The notes beneath the pieces are model-generated. The model did not search any database, was not told the DNA's origin, and saw only the letters and a list, made by a program, of their open reading frames with translations. From an uncultured Chloroflexia bacterium (GTDB lineage: Bacteria > Chloroflexota > Limnocylindria > Limnocylindrales > CSP1-4), in NCBI GenBank assembly GCA_963725875.1, contig CAVRZZ010000004.1, positions 279,758 to 343,757 on the forward strand: a stretch of DNA of 64,000 bases, given 5' to 3'. Shown piece by piece: positions 63,547-64,000 of the stretch. A program made the translations under genes and the position numbers. Each line of letters begins with the position of its first letter. Positions within the stretch are counted from its first letter, which is position 1.

Positions 63547-64000
63547 TCAACGCATCGGTGCCGACGGCCCGACGCGCCGGCCGTCGCGGTAGACGTCGCG
63601 AATCCTCCCCGACAGCCCGACCACGTCGAGCGGGTCGCCATCGACGACAACCAGGTCGGCAGCGAGCCCGGGGAGGACGCGTCCGATCTCGTCCTCGAGT
63701 CCCAGGAGCTCGGCGGCGAACGCGGTGCCCGCCCGCAGGGCCTCGTCCGGCGGAATCCCACAGGCGACGAGGAGCTCGAGCTCCCGCAGGTTCGTGCCGT
63801 GGGGCTTGATGGGGCAGTCTGTCCCCATCGCGATCCGAATCCCGCGACGATGCGCGCGGCGCACGACGTCCCGGTGTCGCTCGACGACCTCAGGCGCCAA
63901 TCCCTCCGCGGCAAGGAGCGTCGGGACGAACACGGTCCCAGCCTCGGCCATCACCTCGATGGCTGCGTCATCGAGCAGGAGCCCGTGCTCGATGGAGTCC
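63547..64000 (-). CDS. metal-dependent amidohydrolase-superfamily protein, C-terminal part (5' end outside window)
   Basis: 'AMGTDCPIKPHGTNLREL...VVVDGDPL' is typical of the amidohydrolase C-terminus. The frame is open to the window edge. Confidence 0.6.
   Translation of the reverse strand, partial: DSIEHGLLLDDAAIEVMAEAGTVFVPTLLAAEGLAPEVVERHRDVVRRAHRRGIRIAMGTDCPIKPHGTNLRELELLVACGIPPDEALRAGTAFAAELLGLEDEIGRVLPGLAADLVVVDGDPLDVVGLSGRIRDVYRDGRRVGPSAPMR

Noticed and set aside
1-64000. Search for tRNA, rRNA, CRISPR arrays and intact IS elements
   Set aside because: No cloverleaf-like conserved T-loop (GGTTCGAATCC-type) was seen in intergenic regions. There are no rRNA-like stretches and no regularly spaced repeat-spacer arrays. 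Only transposase remnants without terminal inverted repeats are present.

Overview
High-GC (about 72%) and gene-dense window, most consistent with an actinobacterial-type chromosome; this is an inference from composition and gene content only. No rRNA, tRNA or CRISPR array was found. The central feature is a minus-strand cluster at 5.6-11.2 kb encoding a membrane respiratory module: a hexahaem c-type cytochrome, a Tat-exported NrfC-like 4Fe-4S subunit, an NrfD/PsrC-family membrane quinol-dehydrogenase subunit, and an octahaem c-type cytochrome. It is bracketed by two paralogous NarL/LuxR-type response regulators whose receiver domains lack the phospho-acceptor Asp (Glu instead). The second regulator overlaps the hexahaem cytochrome start by GTGA, and a 58-bp tandem repeat sits upstream of the first regulator. 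No histidine kinase or catalytic subunit is present, so this looks like an undescribed quinol-to-multihaem-cytochrome electron-transfer module with a phosphorylation-independent regulator. Other content: a hypA plus Mrp/MinD-type ATPase pair (ATP-type HypB analogue); a large LuxR (LAL) regulator broken by an internal deletion and frameshift; two ECF sigma/anti-sigma pairs, one with an approximately 870-aa beta-propeller ectodomain; a winged-helix/4Fe-4S protein; a TetR gene with a near-consensus promoter and nested palindromic operators upstream of a GH18 lipoprotein; a lipoprotein with a recent ~485-bp internal tandem duplication; a 1300-aa one-component regulator (SARP winged-helix + BTAD + NB-ARC/STAND ATPase + TM + extracytoplasmic solute-binding domain); HtrA; a stand-alone NuoF-like flavoprotein with ferredoxin; cell-wall enzymes (amidase, frameshifted VanW, M23, GT4, GT87-like); a Phd/RelE toxin-antitoxin pair next to transposase remnants and gene fragments (a decayed island around 38-40 kb, second transposase remnant at 56.9 kb); a regulatory locus (LuxR-STAND, membrane LuxR, sigma/anti-sigma, secreted low-complexity proteins with microsatellites, S8 protease); and a family of about 5 dispersed intergenic repeats (core TGGCGCGCCCGGAGGGCGTCG) confined to 57.9-63.5 kb. 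Coordinates of starts were derived from the ORF table and may be off by a few nucleotides. Many long ORFs in this GC-rich DNA are antisense artefacts and were rejected.
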